A stretch of 64,000 nucleotides of DNA from Thermoplasmata archaeon (lineage in GTDB: Archaea; Thermoplasmatota; Thermoplasmata; GCA-020350865). Positions 38,659 to 48,651 of the stretch are shown here, one piece after another. The notes below the pieces were generated by a model. That model made no database searches. It had not been told where the DNA came from and saw nothing but the letters and a program-made list of their open reading frames with translations. The translations under genes and the position numbers were made by a program. The stretch lies in NCBI GenBank assembly GCA_020348445.1, contig CP070751.1:190006-254005 (forward strand), read 5' to 3'. Position 1 is the first letter of the stretch. Each line of letters opens with the position of its first letter.

Positions 38659-40014
38659 TTGTCTGACAAAGTGTCGGAAACATTTTGGGATGGGATACCC
38701 ATGCTCTGGCGAAAAAAGAAAGATAATGTATACGGTGATTTCACTACAAGTAGACTTCTTGGCAATGGAATTTACTCAGTTAACGAGCCAGATTTCGAAG
38801 AAGGGGGCGGTTTTCTCAACCTCAGAGAACGTCCTGTTTTGGTGGGAATATGGTATGTCTTTATTTTGTCCTGTCTACTTTGGTGGCTTCCGCTCTTCGG
38901 TCCCATGATCGCTGGGTATATAGGCGGAAGAAAGGCGGGCTCTCCCTTGAAGGGGATCATGGTGGCCATAATTCCTGTCTTCATCATACTGCTTTTACTA
39001 ATAGGTATAGATGTGGGCCTTATTCCCGGGCTTGGTGCTGTTGTAGCCATTCCCTCGATGCTCATGAGCGGAATTCAATCTATTTCCCCCACAGGTGCTT
39101 CGTATCTCTCTGGAATGTATGACAGTCTCGGAGGAGTTGTGGGTGTTAATGGCAATGGTTTCTTCATCGTGGTGATTTTCGGATATATCGGAGGGATGAT
39201 GGCAGATATTAACAGAAAGGATTTGGCCCATGCAACAGGCAACAAGCATTTTTATGACGGTTTCGCCAATAAGTTCTCTGGTTGGCATATAGGCAAATTC
39301 GCTGATATGGTGGCAGAGAGGGTTTTATGGAGCCTGGGAACAGTTAGTTATGCAGGAAAAAACATCATCGCAAGGACCCACTCAGAGCCTGATACATTCA
39401 GTTTCGAGAACTTAAAAAGCCTGCCAGCCTCAACACATTCTGAACCCTATCAATATGAAAGTCGGGCCGACTCTTACGAATCCGAAAGGGCCTTCGGATA
39501 CGATGATTATCAACCCCTGGATTACGAGCCGCTACCACCAAATGACATTCGTGATGTGGATTCCTTTGAAAATTATGAACCTATAATTCCTGAAAGGGAG
39601 TATCAAGAATCTGAATGGAGTGTAACTCATCGTGACCTATCCGAAGACTCCATGATAAATTCATGGAAAGAGCATGATAGGAATGTGGGCAAGGGCCCAA
39701 ATAAACAAAGAAGCGAGCGCAATTCAAACAAAAGCAGCCCAAAAAGATCATCAAAGACAAAGACCAAAGAAAAAAGGGATGCTGTTATCTTTGATTCCAA
39801 AGAAAAAAATTCAGATAAAGACAGACCAAAGAAGAAAAACACACCTGTTAAGCGCAAACAACTGCCTCTGGTAACAAGAGCCCTTGCTGCAGTTGATGAG
39901 ATAAAGGTCAAAAAGGATGATGAAGAGGAGCAAGAAGAGCCTCTTTTAAGCGAGGTGACAGAAGTGAGTAAGCCACAGCGGGCCAAACAGGCTCAATCCT
40001 ATGAAAGATTATGA
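38659..40014 (+). CDS. Membrane protein with long charged, likely disordered C-terminus
   Basis: Gly-rich TM helices (LWWLPLFGPMIAGYIGG), then about 200 aa rich in E/D/S/K. Confidence 0.75.
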   Translation: MSDKVSETFWDGIPMLWRKKKDNVYGDFTTSRLLGNGIYSVNEPDFEEGGGFLNLRERPVLVGIWYVFILSCLLWWLPLFGPMIAGYIGGRKAGSPLKGIMVAIIPVFIILLLLIGIDVGLIPGLGAVVAIPSMLMSGIQSISPTGASYLSGMYDSLGGVVGVNGNGFFIVVIFGYIGGMMADINRKDLAHATGNKHFYDGFANKFSGWHIGKFADMVAERVLWSLGTVSYAGKNIIARTHSEPDTFSFENLKSLPASTHSEPYQYESRADSYESERAFGYDDYQPLDYEPLPPNDIRDVDSFENYEPIIPEREYQESEWSVTHRDLSEDSMINSWKEHDRNVGKGPNKQRSERNSNKSSPKRSSKTKTKEKRDAVIFDSKEKNSDKDRPKKKNTPVKRKQLPLVTRALAAVDEIKVKKDDEEEQEEPLLSEVTEVSKPQRAKQAQSYERL

Positions 40015-40119
40015 GAATAGGAGGTGTTCATCTAAAATTTGAAAAAAAGAATGTTAAAACAATAAAATATGGCACCATCTGCTTCCATAATCCAACCACA
40101 ATCAGATCAACACCGAAAA

Positions 40120-40581
40120 TTACTGAATGACATCGCCAATTACATCTGCGATCTTCTCAAGCATCTTCTTATCCTCAGAATCGAATGCACAGGGATAATC
40201 GCTGTCAATGTCGATTTCACCTATTATTCTGTCTTTTGACCAGATAGGAACTACGATCTCAGATTTTGTTTCAACGCTGCATGCGAGATACCGTTCATCT
40301 GATGAGACATCGGGAACTATTACGGTCTGCTCGTCAACAACCGCGGCCCCGCAGATGCCCTGCCCAATCTTGATGCGGGTATGTTCTGTTGGCCTTCCAA
40401 GGTAGTATTTCAAAACCAGATCTTCTCCTTGGATGAGGTATATCCCTACCCAGGTGTAATGCGGTACTTCTTTTAGTATCTCAACTGCCTTTTTTACGAT
40501 ATCCTCGTTTTTCTCTACGCTATCTAGGATTTTGTCAATAATATGGTGCTCGTTTAGCCTTTTTTCCGCCATTTCCGCCAT
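40120..40581 (-). CDS. GAF-domain protein, free methionine-R-sulfoxide reductase (MsrC)-like
   Basis: WVGIY, GQGICG, YLACSVETKSEIVVP, IDIDS. The track's longer N-terminus overlaps the divergent gene. Confidence 0.75.
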   Translation of the reverse strand: MAEMAEKRLNEHHIIDKILDSVEKNEDIVKKAVEILKEVPHYTWVGIYLIQGEDLVLKYYLGRPTEHTRIKIGQGICGAAVVDEQTVIVPDVSSDERYLACSVETKSEIVVPIWSKDRIIGEIDIDSDYPCAFDSEDKKMLEKIADVIGDVIQ

Positions 40582-40683
40582 ATTCTCGTAATATAAGAGG
40601 TAATTTATAATATTTCTGATAGTACAGTAGGAATTTTTATTAACCCTGGGAACATATCTAATTAACGTGCATAAACACACGAG

Positions 40684-41721
40684 GTGAAGAGAACGGCAAA
40701 GGATGAGATTTACAGGCTCATTAAGGAACTTTCCGATGCTTTTGGTGTTAGCGGAAATGAAAAGGCAGTAAGAGATATCATCCAAAGCCGAATCAAAGAC
40801 CATATCGATGAGATGTCTACCGATAAGATGGGGAACTTCATTTGCAAAAGGAAAGGGAAGGATAAAGACTCGGCCCTGATACTGGCAGCCCATATGGACG
40901 AAATAGGGCTGATGGCAAGGGAAGTGGACAAGCATGGCCACATCTACTTCTCAAGGATTGGGGTGCTTAGCAAACAGGTTTTGCTTGGTCAAAAAGTGCA
41001 TATTCAAGGAAAGAAAAAGGTGATACACGGGGTTATCACCCATAAGAAGCTGCATAAAGGGGATGAAGCCGAGGGTCTACCCGAAGAAACAGAGCTGTAC
41101 GTTGATACCGGAGTAGGAAGCGATGAACTGGAATCCATGGGAATTGGGATAGGTACATACATCGTGCCCGAGAAGAAATTGGATATTTTGGGAAATGGAG
41201 ACATAATCTCCGGTAAGGCCCTGGATGACCGTCTGGGTTGCGCTATTTTAGTCAAACTGGCAGAATCAGTGAAAAATCCGCCCACTGATGTTTACTATGT
41301 CTTTACTGCCCAGGAAGAGATTGGCATGTACGGTGCAAAGACCTCCATGTGGAAAATCGATGCCACCTGTGCAATTGCTGTGGATATCTCCTTTGCCACA
41401 GATTTTTCAGATTCTGGCATTATTCTGGGCAAGGGCCCGGTGATAACTATAAAGGACAGTGATTTAATAGCAAATCGTCAACTTGTTGATTTTCTAATCG
41501 AACTCGCAAAGAAAAGACGAATCCCATACCAGCTTGAGGTAAGCGATATCGGTACAACCGACGCACTTTACCTTTCCATAAGCAAGGGAGGCCTACCTGC
41601 AACGGCAGTTGGTGTACCAATACGAAACCCCCATTCCACAATATCCATGGCCTCCCTAAAGGATGTGAAGTACTGTATGCGGCTTTTAAAGGCGTTTTTA
41701 CAGTATCCACCTAATCTTTAA
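40684..41721 (+). CDS. M42 (TET-like) aminopeptidase
   Basis: AAHMDEIG, KALDDRLG, AQEEIG, AVD, GTTDA, RNPHS; metal ligands are intact. Confidence 0.9.
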   Translation: MKRTAKDEIYRLIKELSDAFGVSGNEKAVRDIIQSRIKDHIDEMSTDKMGNFICKRKGKDKDSALILAAHMDEIGLMAREVDKHGHIYFSRIGVLSKQVLLGQKVHIQGKKKVIHGVITHKKLHKGDEAEGLPEETELYVDTGVGSDELESMGIGIGTYIVPEKKLDILGNGDIISGKALDDRLGCAILVKLAESVKNPPTDVYYVFTAQEEIGMYGAKTSMWKIDATCAIAVDISFATDFSDSGIILGKGPVITIKDSDLIANRQLVDFLIELAKKRRIPYQLEVSDIGTTDALYLSISKGGLPATAVGVPIRNPHSTISMASLKDVKYCMRLLKAFLQYPPNL

Positions 41722-41780
41722 TCTTGATTTTTATCAAACATTCTATATAGCCAAAAACATATTCAGATTCGGTTTTAAAG

Positions 41781-43556
41781 ATGGCAGGCAAAATAAAGGT
41801 CCTGGATGAGAGGGTAATAAGCCAAATTGCGGCAGGGGAGGTAATCGAAAGGCCAGCCTCTGTGGTCAAGGAATTGGTTGAAAACTCAATAGATGCAGAT
41901 TCCACTCAGATATTTATACAAATAGAAGACGGTGGAAAGAAATCCATAACTGTGGTTGATGATGGAATAGGAATGAGCAGAGAAGATACCGAGAAGGCGT
42001 TTTTCCGCCATTCCACAAGCAAGATCAAATCCTTGCGTGATTTGGAATCCATAACATCACTGGGTTTCAGAGGTGAAGCTCTGGCAAGCATAGCCGCCGT
42101 GGCCAAGGTCACTCTTCAAACCAAATCCCGTGAATCTAAAACCGAAGTTGGAACAGATATTCTTGTTGAAGGAGGAAAAATTAGATATGTTAGAGATGTG
42201 GCATGCAATGAGGGTACCAAAGTCATTGTCAGGGATCTTTTTTACAACACCCCTGCAAGGCGTAAATATCTCAAGAACACCCGGGCCGAATTGGCAAAAA
42301 TCACCGATATCGTCACACGCCAGGCTTTGATACACCCTGAGATTTTTTTCAAATTGGTTCACAACGGCTCTGAGATAATTAACACCCCGAAGGCCTTGAC
42401 ACCCTTGGACAATATAGTTCATATTTATGGAAAGGAGACGGCCCGGGATATGCTACCAGTGGATTATTCAAATCACGATATGAAGATAGAAGGTTACATC
42501 TCCAAACCTGCAGTCACTCGGAAATCTTCTTCTTATATCTCCATTTTCGTCAGGGGGCGCTACATCACATCCAAACTCCTTTCTTCAGCCTTAAAAGAGG
42601 GATACCACAACCTCATTATGAAGAATCGTTACCCTATAGCAGTAATATCCTTGGACATCCACCCAAGGAAGATAGATGTCAATGTACACCCAACAAAGCT
42701 CGAAATAAGGTTCGAGGACGAGAAAAAAGTATACAATGCATTTATTAGCGCCATTGAAAATACCCTTCAGTCCAAATCTTTGATTCCAAAAGGCGATTTT
42801 GTTGTTGAATCAAGAAGTATCGAGACTTTCGAAACGTCAGGGGTAATAGACCAGGAGGAATTGAAGAAAGTTATTCCGATAATCGAATCCAAAAGACAGG
42901 TAATCATTGATGATCTTGAGAAAAAGTTAGAACTTGAGGAAGAACCTGAGGGACTTTCTGAGAGAAGAACAACACAAATTCCCACAATATCACTTATCGG
43001 CCAGATACTCAGCACCTACATAGTGGCAGAAAGCCACGAGAACATCCTTATAATAGATCAGCACGCAGCACATGAACGGGTGCTATTTGAGAAATTAATG
43101 CAAGCAACTTTCGAGGATAAAAAAGAACGTCAAGAACTGCTTTCCCCCTTGACCCTTGAGTTTGATCCAAAACAAAGAGACTACATCGATTCTAATCCAG
43201 ATATCCTCGATTCCCTTGGTTTTAAAATCGAGCATTTTGGGGGCAACACATTTCAAGTAAGAGCTGTACCAGTTGTATTTGGAAAAACTGAGAGTAAGAG
43301 AATAGTGCCTGACATAATAGACGAGCTTATCTCTTTGGGCAAGACTAAACAGAAAGATGAATTAATTGAAAAGGCCAAGGCAATTGTCGCTTGTCACAGC
43401 GCAATCCGCGGAGGGGAAGAACTGACCTTAATCCAGATGAAGGATCTTGTGGAAAGTCTCTACAAAACAAAGAATGCATATAGCTGTCCACATGGAAGAC
43501 CTTCGATTATTTCAATGTCAAAAGACGATCTAGAAAAGATGTTCAAAAGAAAATAA
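41781..43556 (+). CDS. mutL: DNA mismatch repair endonuclease MutL
   Basis: IAAGEVIERPASVVKELVENSID, SLGFRGEAL, endonuclease motif DQHAAHERVLFE, ACHSAI, CPHGRP. Confidence 0.97.
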   Translation: MAGKIKVLDERVISQIAAGEVIERPASVVKELVENSIDADSTQIFIQIEDGGKKSITVVDDGIGMSREDTEKAFFRHSTSKIKSLRDLESITSLGFRGEALASIAAVAKVTLQTKSRESKTEVGTDILVEGGKIRYVRDVACNEGTKVIVRDLFYNTPARRKYLKNTRAELAKITDIVTRQALIHPEIFFKLVHNGSEIINTPKALTPLDNIVHIYGKETARDMLPVDYSNHDMKIEGYISKPAVTRKSSSYISIFVRGRYITSKLLSSALKEGYHNLIMKNRYPIAVISLDIHPRKIDVNVHPTKLEIRFEDEKKVYNAFISAIENTLQSKSLIPKGDFVVESRSIETFETSGVIDQEELKKVIPIIESKRQVIIDDLEKKLELEEEPEGLSERRTTQIPTISLIGQILSTYIVAESHENILIIDQHAAHERVLFEKLMQATFEDKKERQELLSPLTLEFDPKQRDYIDSNPDILDSLGFKIEHFGGNTFQVRAVPVVFGKTESKRIVPDIIDELISLGKTKQKDELIEKAKAIVACHSAIRGGEELTLIQMKDLVESLYKTKNAYSCPHGRPSIISMSKDDLEKMFKRK

Positions 43557-43560
43557 AGGT

Positions 43561-43601
43561 GATTTGGTGCCGGGGAGGGAGGGGGCAGTCGGCACCAAAT
43601 C
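43561..43601 (-). terminator. Intrinsic-terminator-like hairpin
   Basis: 12-bp perfect inverted repeat GATTTGGTGCCG/CGGCACCAAATC, followed on the minus strand by TTTATTTTCTTTT. Confidence 0.55.
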
Positions 43602-43740
43602 CTCAGCTGAACCCGTTGTCTTCGCACAGGATGCATATAGTAGAGTGGGCACCGTGTAATAACAGTTGTAAATAGCGGCTATTAAGTATTTTGTGGGATT
43701 ACCCCGGGAATGCCCCTATAAAAAACCAAAGGATTTATTC

Positions 43741-45252
43741 CTAAGCCTCTTCCTCGTGCGCGCACTCGACGCATGCGAACTCGACATATGCAAAATATAG
43801 CTCGCAATCTGGGCTTCCCTCGGTTGCCTCCCTTGTATCGCACCAAATGCCGTATGCAGTTGTATTGCTTGCTGTAAGACCGATATAATCACCGATAAAA
43901 GGCGATGAACCTTGGGCATTATTGCCGTCAAAAGACTCAGTCGTTATGTTGGTTTGGTACGCGAAATTCTCTCCTCCACTTTTCGATAACGCATAGTAAA
44001 TATGCATCACTGTATTGTCGTCGTCATCCCTTCTGTCATAGAATATGAGATGTACATAACCTTGATCAGAAACAGCCACAGCCGAGAAGAACTGGTCCTT
44101 TCCGTTGCCTTCTGTGTCATTGTTCACCCTGATGGCGTCGCTCCAGGTCTCCCCGTTGTCTCTGCTGTAGATCAACATTATATCTGCATCGCCTTCACGA
44201 TAATCATTCCATGTAACGTAAAGGCTACCACTTGTGTTGGTATCGCTTAGGTCTACAGCCGACATGAGGAGGGTAGGTGTGCGGAACTCACAGTTCGGTA
44301 GTTCATTCCTCGGTATCTCCATCGTTTCACAGATGGATCTGGGTTCTGTAAATGATTGGCCTTCATCTGATGAATAGATGTACATTATTCTTTCATCTCC
44401 GGGGGCATCCGCACCAAAATTAGTCCAAAACACATGCACGGTCCCATCGGGTGTTACCTGGATAGTAGTCCCCTGCATGCTTTTTTGGATGGTGAAAAAA
44501 TCAGATATCACTTGAGGTATGCTAAAACTGTTTCCCCCATCGGTTGACCTTGATAATAGAATGTTTACCCTGCTTAGCATAGTAAATACAGCCCAGGTGA
44601 CATAAACATTCCCGTTATCCATATCAACTGCCATCCATTCTTTATCATGGAAGGCTATTGGAGTCTGGAAAGCCAATACTAGAATGCTTATTTGATTGAA
44701 GGTCTCCCCACCGTCAGTTGACTTGGCTACGAATATTCCATTATCACGGCCCGCAGCCAGGCCCAAATTCACGGGATTAGCGGGATTAGTGGCCCGCTTA
44801 AAGCATATCCCAGAAATATATACATTCCCTTCAGGTCCAAAACACACAACAGGGTCACCAGCACCGTCATAACCTGAGAGTGGAGAAATTGGTCCCAGAA
44901 AATACCCAGGAATCAAATCCCTTGACCAGTTCTTTCCCCCATCCCAGGAAACGTAATAACCTACCCAGGCATCACCATTTGGAGTACCGTAGTCGTTACC
45001 AGCTGCAACAAGGTGCAGGGGGTCATTGGGATCAACTGCTATGCTGGGCTCATTGTTGTTCTCAGGAACATCAGTTACTGCAATATTTTCGAAGGTTATT
45101 CCCATTTCCTCTTCCTCAGACCTCCTTCTTGGTCTTCGAGGTTCGTACAGCACCAATGAAGCAGCCAATGTGGCTGATAGCAAAATCAGTAGAACTATCA
45201 CAGCAAATGTCTTTTGACCTGGTGGAAGAAGTTCGTCTGAATCGGGGTCCAT
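43741..45252 (-). CDS. Membrane-anchored Asp-box (BNR/sialidase-like) beta-propeller protein
   Basis: N-terminal TM and repeated Asp boxes (SWDGGKNW, STDGGETF, STDGGNSF, SSDEGQSF, SRDNGETW, SKSGGENF). Confidence 0.85.
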   Translation of the reverse strand: MDPDSDELLPPGQKTFAVIVLLILLSATLAASLVLYEPRRPRRRSEEEEMGITFENIAVTDVPENNNEPSIAVDPNDPLHLVAAGNDYGTPNGDAWVGYYVSWDGGKNWSRDLIPGYFLGPISPLSGYDGAGDPVVCFGPEGNVYISGICFKRATNPANPVNLGLAAGRDNGIFVAKSTDGGETFNQISILVLAFQTPIAFHDKEWMAVDMDNGNVYVTWAVFTMLSRVNILLSRSTDGGNSFSIPQVISDFFTIQKSMQGTTIQVTPDGTVHVFWTNFGADAPGDERIMYIYSSDEGQSFTEPRSICETMEIPRNELPNCEFRTPTLLMSAVDLSDTNTSGSLYVTWNDYREGDADIMLIYSRDNGETWSDAIRVNNDTEGNGKDQFFSAVAVSDQGYVHLIFYDRRDDDDNTVMHIYYALSKSGGENFAYQTNITTESFDGNNAQGSSPFIGDYIGLTASNTTAYGIWCDTREATEGSPDCELYFAYVEFACVECAHEEEA

Positions 45253-45457
45253 GTGAAATATAATATTGTAATTGGGATATTTAAGGGTTATTAAAATATC
45301 GAGTTGATTGCCTAATTTAAAGACTATGATGCACTCAATTTAAAAATCGGGGTGTAAAAAGGAGGTTCAACTAACATGTTCCCCTTCAAATCTTTGTAAT
45401 TTTAGTGGATGTTAATGTATGGGATTCAAATAATGTTGGATTAGAATTTGTAGGGTG

Positions 45458-45494
45458 GGAGGAGGGGGTGAGGAGGAGGGGGTGAGGAGGAGGG
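45458..45494 (+). repeat. 14-bp tandem repeat GGAGGAGGGGGTGA x2.6
   Basis: Copies start at 45458, 45472 and 45486. Confidence 0.85.
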
Positions 45495-45559
45495 ATTAAG
45501 TTGCCATCCTCAAATAAAACATAATAAAATATAAATCCCAGTAAGAGAATCTTATATGC

Positions 45560-47527
45560 ATGACAACCCCGAAAAAAGTCCTGGTTATATTCTTTGTAGC
45601 CATATTGATTTCACTGCCGTTTGCAGATATGATCAGAAACCAGACAGAAGAGTCTTCACAGCCAGAGTTGTCAAACCTTCCTACTGTAATTTCGTTTAGG
45701 CTGCAGGATACAGATGATGACTGGTGGGAGACAACATCCTTTGATTCAGACAGAAACGGTATTTTCGATTCCCTGGACAAAAAAATCGAACAGAATGAAG
45801 AAGACTTTGTGGATGTATACCTTGATTACGAATACCCCCCCACTCAAGAAGATATCGCGTTGTTAGAAGAAAAAGGATTGTATGTAACAACTTTATTACC
45901 CACAGCTTGGGCTGTGGGCTTAAAAGATGTTCCCATTTCCTTATTGCCTACCCTAGCAGAAATAGAGGGTGTGGTGATGGTTGAGCCAAAAGGTAACCCA
46001 AAATACCTCTCTGATATTGCTACACCATCGGTCAAAGCCAAGGAGTCGGATGAATATTCTCCAGACACTGCATGGGAACTTGGATACAAAGGATTTGGTG
46101 CGGTAATTGCTATAATGGATACTGGGGTGGACAACGGTCATCCCAGTCTTTCAGGTAAGTTCGTGGCTGGTGCAGATTTTACCAAGCCCTTGCCATATTT
46201 CACATCAGATGATGGAACATATGATCCAGATGATGTACAGGGGCACGGCACAACCTGCGCAGGAATAGCCATGGGGACAGGTGCTCCCGATGGCGATTAC
46301 ATGGGCACGGGTCCTGATGCAAAGCTCGTGGATCTAAGGATAGGTACCATACTTGGAGCCTCACCTGGAGAAGGGCCCCAGTCTGTTTATGACGCTGCAC
46401 TGGACGCAATTGATTGGGCGATAAGGAACCATGCAAATAAGTGGACTAAAGTGCCAGAGGAATTCCATGGAATCGACATATTGTCTCTTTCATGGGGCAT
46501 ACCATATGAAGGATCCTCAGACGGTTCTGACCTGTATTCCCAGGGGCTAAACAACCTCGTTGATGTTGGAGTTATTGCCGTGGTGGCTGCAGGAAACGAC
46601 GGCCCAGATAACGATGGCTTTACTGGCATGGGTGCAGCAGACAAGGCGATTACAGTTGCAGCCACAGATGAGCTCGACACAATCGATAGAGGCGATGATA
46701 TAATTGCTGAGTACTCATCCCGAGGTCCGAGGATGGACGATAATGACGGCAATCCATACGATGAACTCAAGCCTGATGTGGCAGCTCCCGGAACCGGCAT
46801 CACAAATGCACAGTTCGACAGAACTGGCGATGGCTCAGGAAACGGGTACGAGCCAAGAGGAAGCGGGACATCCTATGCAACTCCCTGTGTTGCAGGCGTG
46901 GTTGCCTTGATACTTGATGCAAATTCCGAACTTACCCCCGAAATAGTGAAAGAGATCCTTCGCTTCACCGCCGAAAGAAGGGGTAATGCCACCTTCCCTG
47001 AGCTGGACCCGTTCTGGAACAAGGATTTCGGCTATGGAATCGTGGATGCCTACCAGGCTGTGAAAGTGGCTGAAAGCATTGAGGATGTCGCTGAAATCGA
47101 TGTAAATCTCCAGTGCTTCATAATGGATATCTCTAATTCTTCATCAAAGTACATCGACATTTCGGGTATCGCATGGTCAAAGAATGGAGAGGTGGAGGGC
47201 GTGGAGGTGAGAATAGACGGCGGAAAATGGGTAAAAGTAAAAGATATGGATAATGGTACATGGGCCAAATGGACATACCGCATCCAAACAAAAGACCTTT
47301 CAAAAGGCAATCACATCATAGAAGCAAGGGCAATTTCCGGTGATAAATATTCATTATTTCACGAGGAGGATGTTTTTGTGGCCCAGTCCTTCCGCGACGA
47401 CGAATTCGACGCAGCCTGTCTTCCTGGGATAGCCATTATCGTCCTTGTTTTAGGTGTTGCTGTTTACATAATTCTTAGAAAGGGGCCGAAAAATGGACCT
47501 GAAAACAAGGTTTCGGATGAAGGGTAG
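45560..47527 (+). CDS. Subtilisin-like S8 serine protease, membrane anchored
   Basis: Signal/TM, catalytic D (MDTG), H (HGTTCAG), oxyanion N (AAGN), S (GTSYATP), Ig-like domain, C-terminal TM. Confidence 0.93.
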   Translation: MTTPKKVLVIFFVAILISLPFADMIRNQTEESSQPELSNLPTVISFRLQDTDDDWWETTSFDSDRNGIFDSLDKKIEQNEEDFVDVYLDYEYPPTQEDIALLEEKGLYVTTLLPTAWAVGLKDVPISLLPTLAEIEGVVMVEPKGNPKYLSDIATPSVKAKESDEYSPDTAWELGYKGFGAVIAIMDTGVDNGHPSLSGKFVAGADFTKPLPYFTSDDGTYDPDDVQGHGTTCAGIAMGTGAPDGDYMGTGPDAKLVDLRIGTILGASPGEGPQSVYDAALDAIDWAIRNHANKWTKVPEEFHGIDILSLSWGIPYEGSSDGSDLYSQGLNNLVDVGVIAVVAAGNDGPDNDGFTGMGAADKAITVAATDELDTIDRGDDIIAEYSSRGPRMDDNDGNPYDELKPDVAAPGTGITNAQFDRTGDGSGNGYEPRGSGTSYATPCVAGVVALILDANSELTPEIVKEILRFTAERRGNATFPELDPFWNKDFGYGIVDAYQAVKVAESIEDVAEIDVNLQCFIMDISNSSSKYIDISGIAWSKNGEVEGVEVRIDGGKWVKVKDMDNGTWAKWTYRIQTKDLSKGNHIIEARAISGDKYSLFHEEDVFVAQSFRDDEFDAACLPGIAIIVLVLGVAVYIILRKGPKNGPENKVSDEG

Positions 47528-47612
47528 TAATTGGTTTTGATTTCAATCAAAATTGTTGTTTTCTATGTATTGTACATAATTGGCTTGCTACCCATTCATA
47601 AAAATCCACAGG

Positions 47613-48089
47613 CTAGACCATATGCTCAGATATATCCTCGATTTCCCTCTCGCAGTACCAGCATTTCAGTTTCGGAGGGTCCCTGGAGATTATATTGAAC
47701 TTACTTTCCACTGGTTCCTGCCGGTTCGTAATGCAGTTGAGATTGGCGCATTTAACTATTCCTTTAACTATCTCGGGTAGCTCGACCCTGTGTTTTTCGG
47801 CAACGTTGTAATTTCTGATGATGTTGATGGTGGCAAATGGCGCAATCAGGGCTATCTTATCAACCTCCTTGGCGTCAAGCTCCCTATCCTCGATTTTAAC
47901 GACATCCTTCCAGTCTGTTTTGCTGCTGGGAACATGCATCAAAACACTCACTGTTGAATTAACACCTCCTTCACCTATGCCAAGTATCTTGAGCACCTTG
48001 AGGGCTGTATTGCACGTGATGTGATCTATTACAGTTCCATTTCTAATGGGCGTGACCTTAAATTCCTTGACCTCTTCCCCTTTGTCCAT
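47613..48089 (-). CDS. pyrI: Aspartate carbamoyltransferase regulatory subunit
   Basis: IRNGTVIDHI, KDVVKIE, CANLNCIT, CWYCE. Confidence 0.96.
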   Translation of the reverse strand: MDKGEEVKEFKVTPIRNGTVIDHITCNTALKVLKILGIGEGGVNSTVSVLMHVPSSKTDWKDVVKIEDRELDAKEVDKIALIAPFATINIIRNYNVAEKHRVELPEIVKGIVKCANLNCITNRQEPVESKFNIISRDPPKLKCWYCEREIEDISEHMV

Positions 48090-48093
48090 TCAT

Positions 48094-48651
48094 TCACCAC
48101 CTTTCATAATGGATTTTTTTCTTTAAATCGGTAACCTGCTTGAGTTTTGGTTTTATTTTTGGCGAGCCCAGGGCCACTATTGAGGCTATTTCAATGTGTT
48201 TGGGCATTCCCAACAATTTCTTTATCTCGTTTGAATGCTTTTTGAGGGCAAATGGGGCACCCACCCATACAGCGCCAAGACCCAGGGAATGGGCAGCCAA
48301 AAGTATATTCTGTGTTGCTGCTGAGCCGTCATGTCTCCAGAAAATGGGGCTCTTTTTCGTGTTACAGGCCACAACAATAAAAAGCGGCGCCTCAGCTATT
48401 TTCTCAAACTGTTCCTTCGTATCCTTCAATCTCCTTTTTTTGCGCTCGTACAGGGAACGGGCCCCGAGATAGCCTATCCGATCCTTGACATTTTGATCCT
48501 TAACCAAGATGAACTCCCAAGGACGCCCGTTGGAGGCTGATGGTGCCCTGAGTCCACATCTTAAAATCTCGGCTATTTGCGATGGAGGTACCTCATCTTC
48601 CTCGAAACTGCGGACGCTCCGTCTTGTGTTTATATTCTCGATTGCTTCCAC
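48094..48651 (-). CDS. Nitroreductase family protein
   Basis: RRSVRSF, APSASNGRPWEF, QNILLAAHSLGLGAVW. Confidence 0.92.
   Translation of the reverse strand: MEAIENINTRRSVRSFEEDEVPPSQIAEILRCGLRAPSASNGRPWEFILVKDQNVKDRIGYLGARSLYERKKRRLKDTKEQFEKIAEAPLFIVVACNTKKSPIFWRHDGSAATQNILLAAHSLGLGAVWVGAPFALKKHSNEIKKLLGMPKHIEIASIVALGSPKIKPKLKQVTDLKKKIHYERW

Noticed and set aside
40582-40941. N-terminal extension of the GAF ORF
   Set aside because: It overlaps the divergent M42 gene, and the GAF-like sequence begins at 40581.
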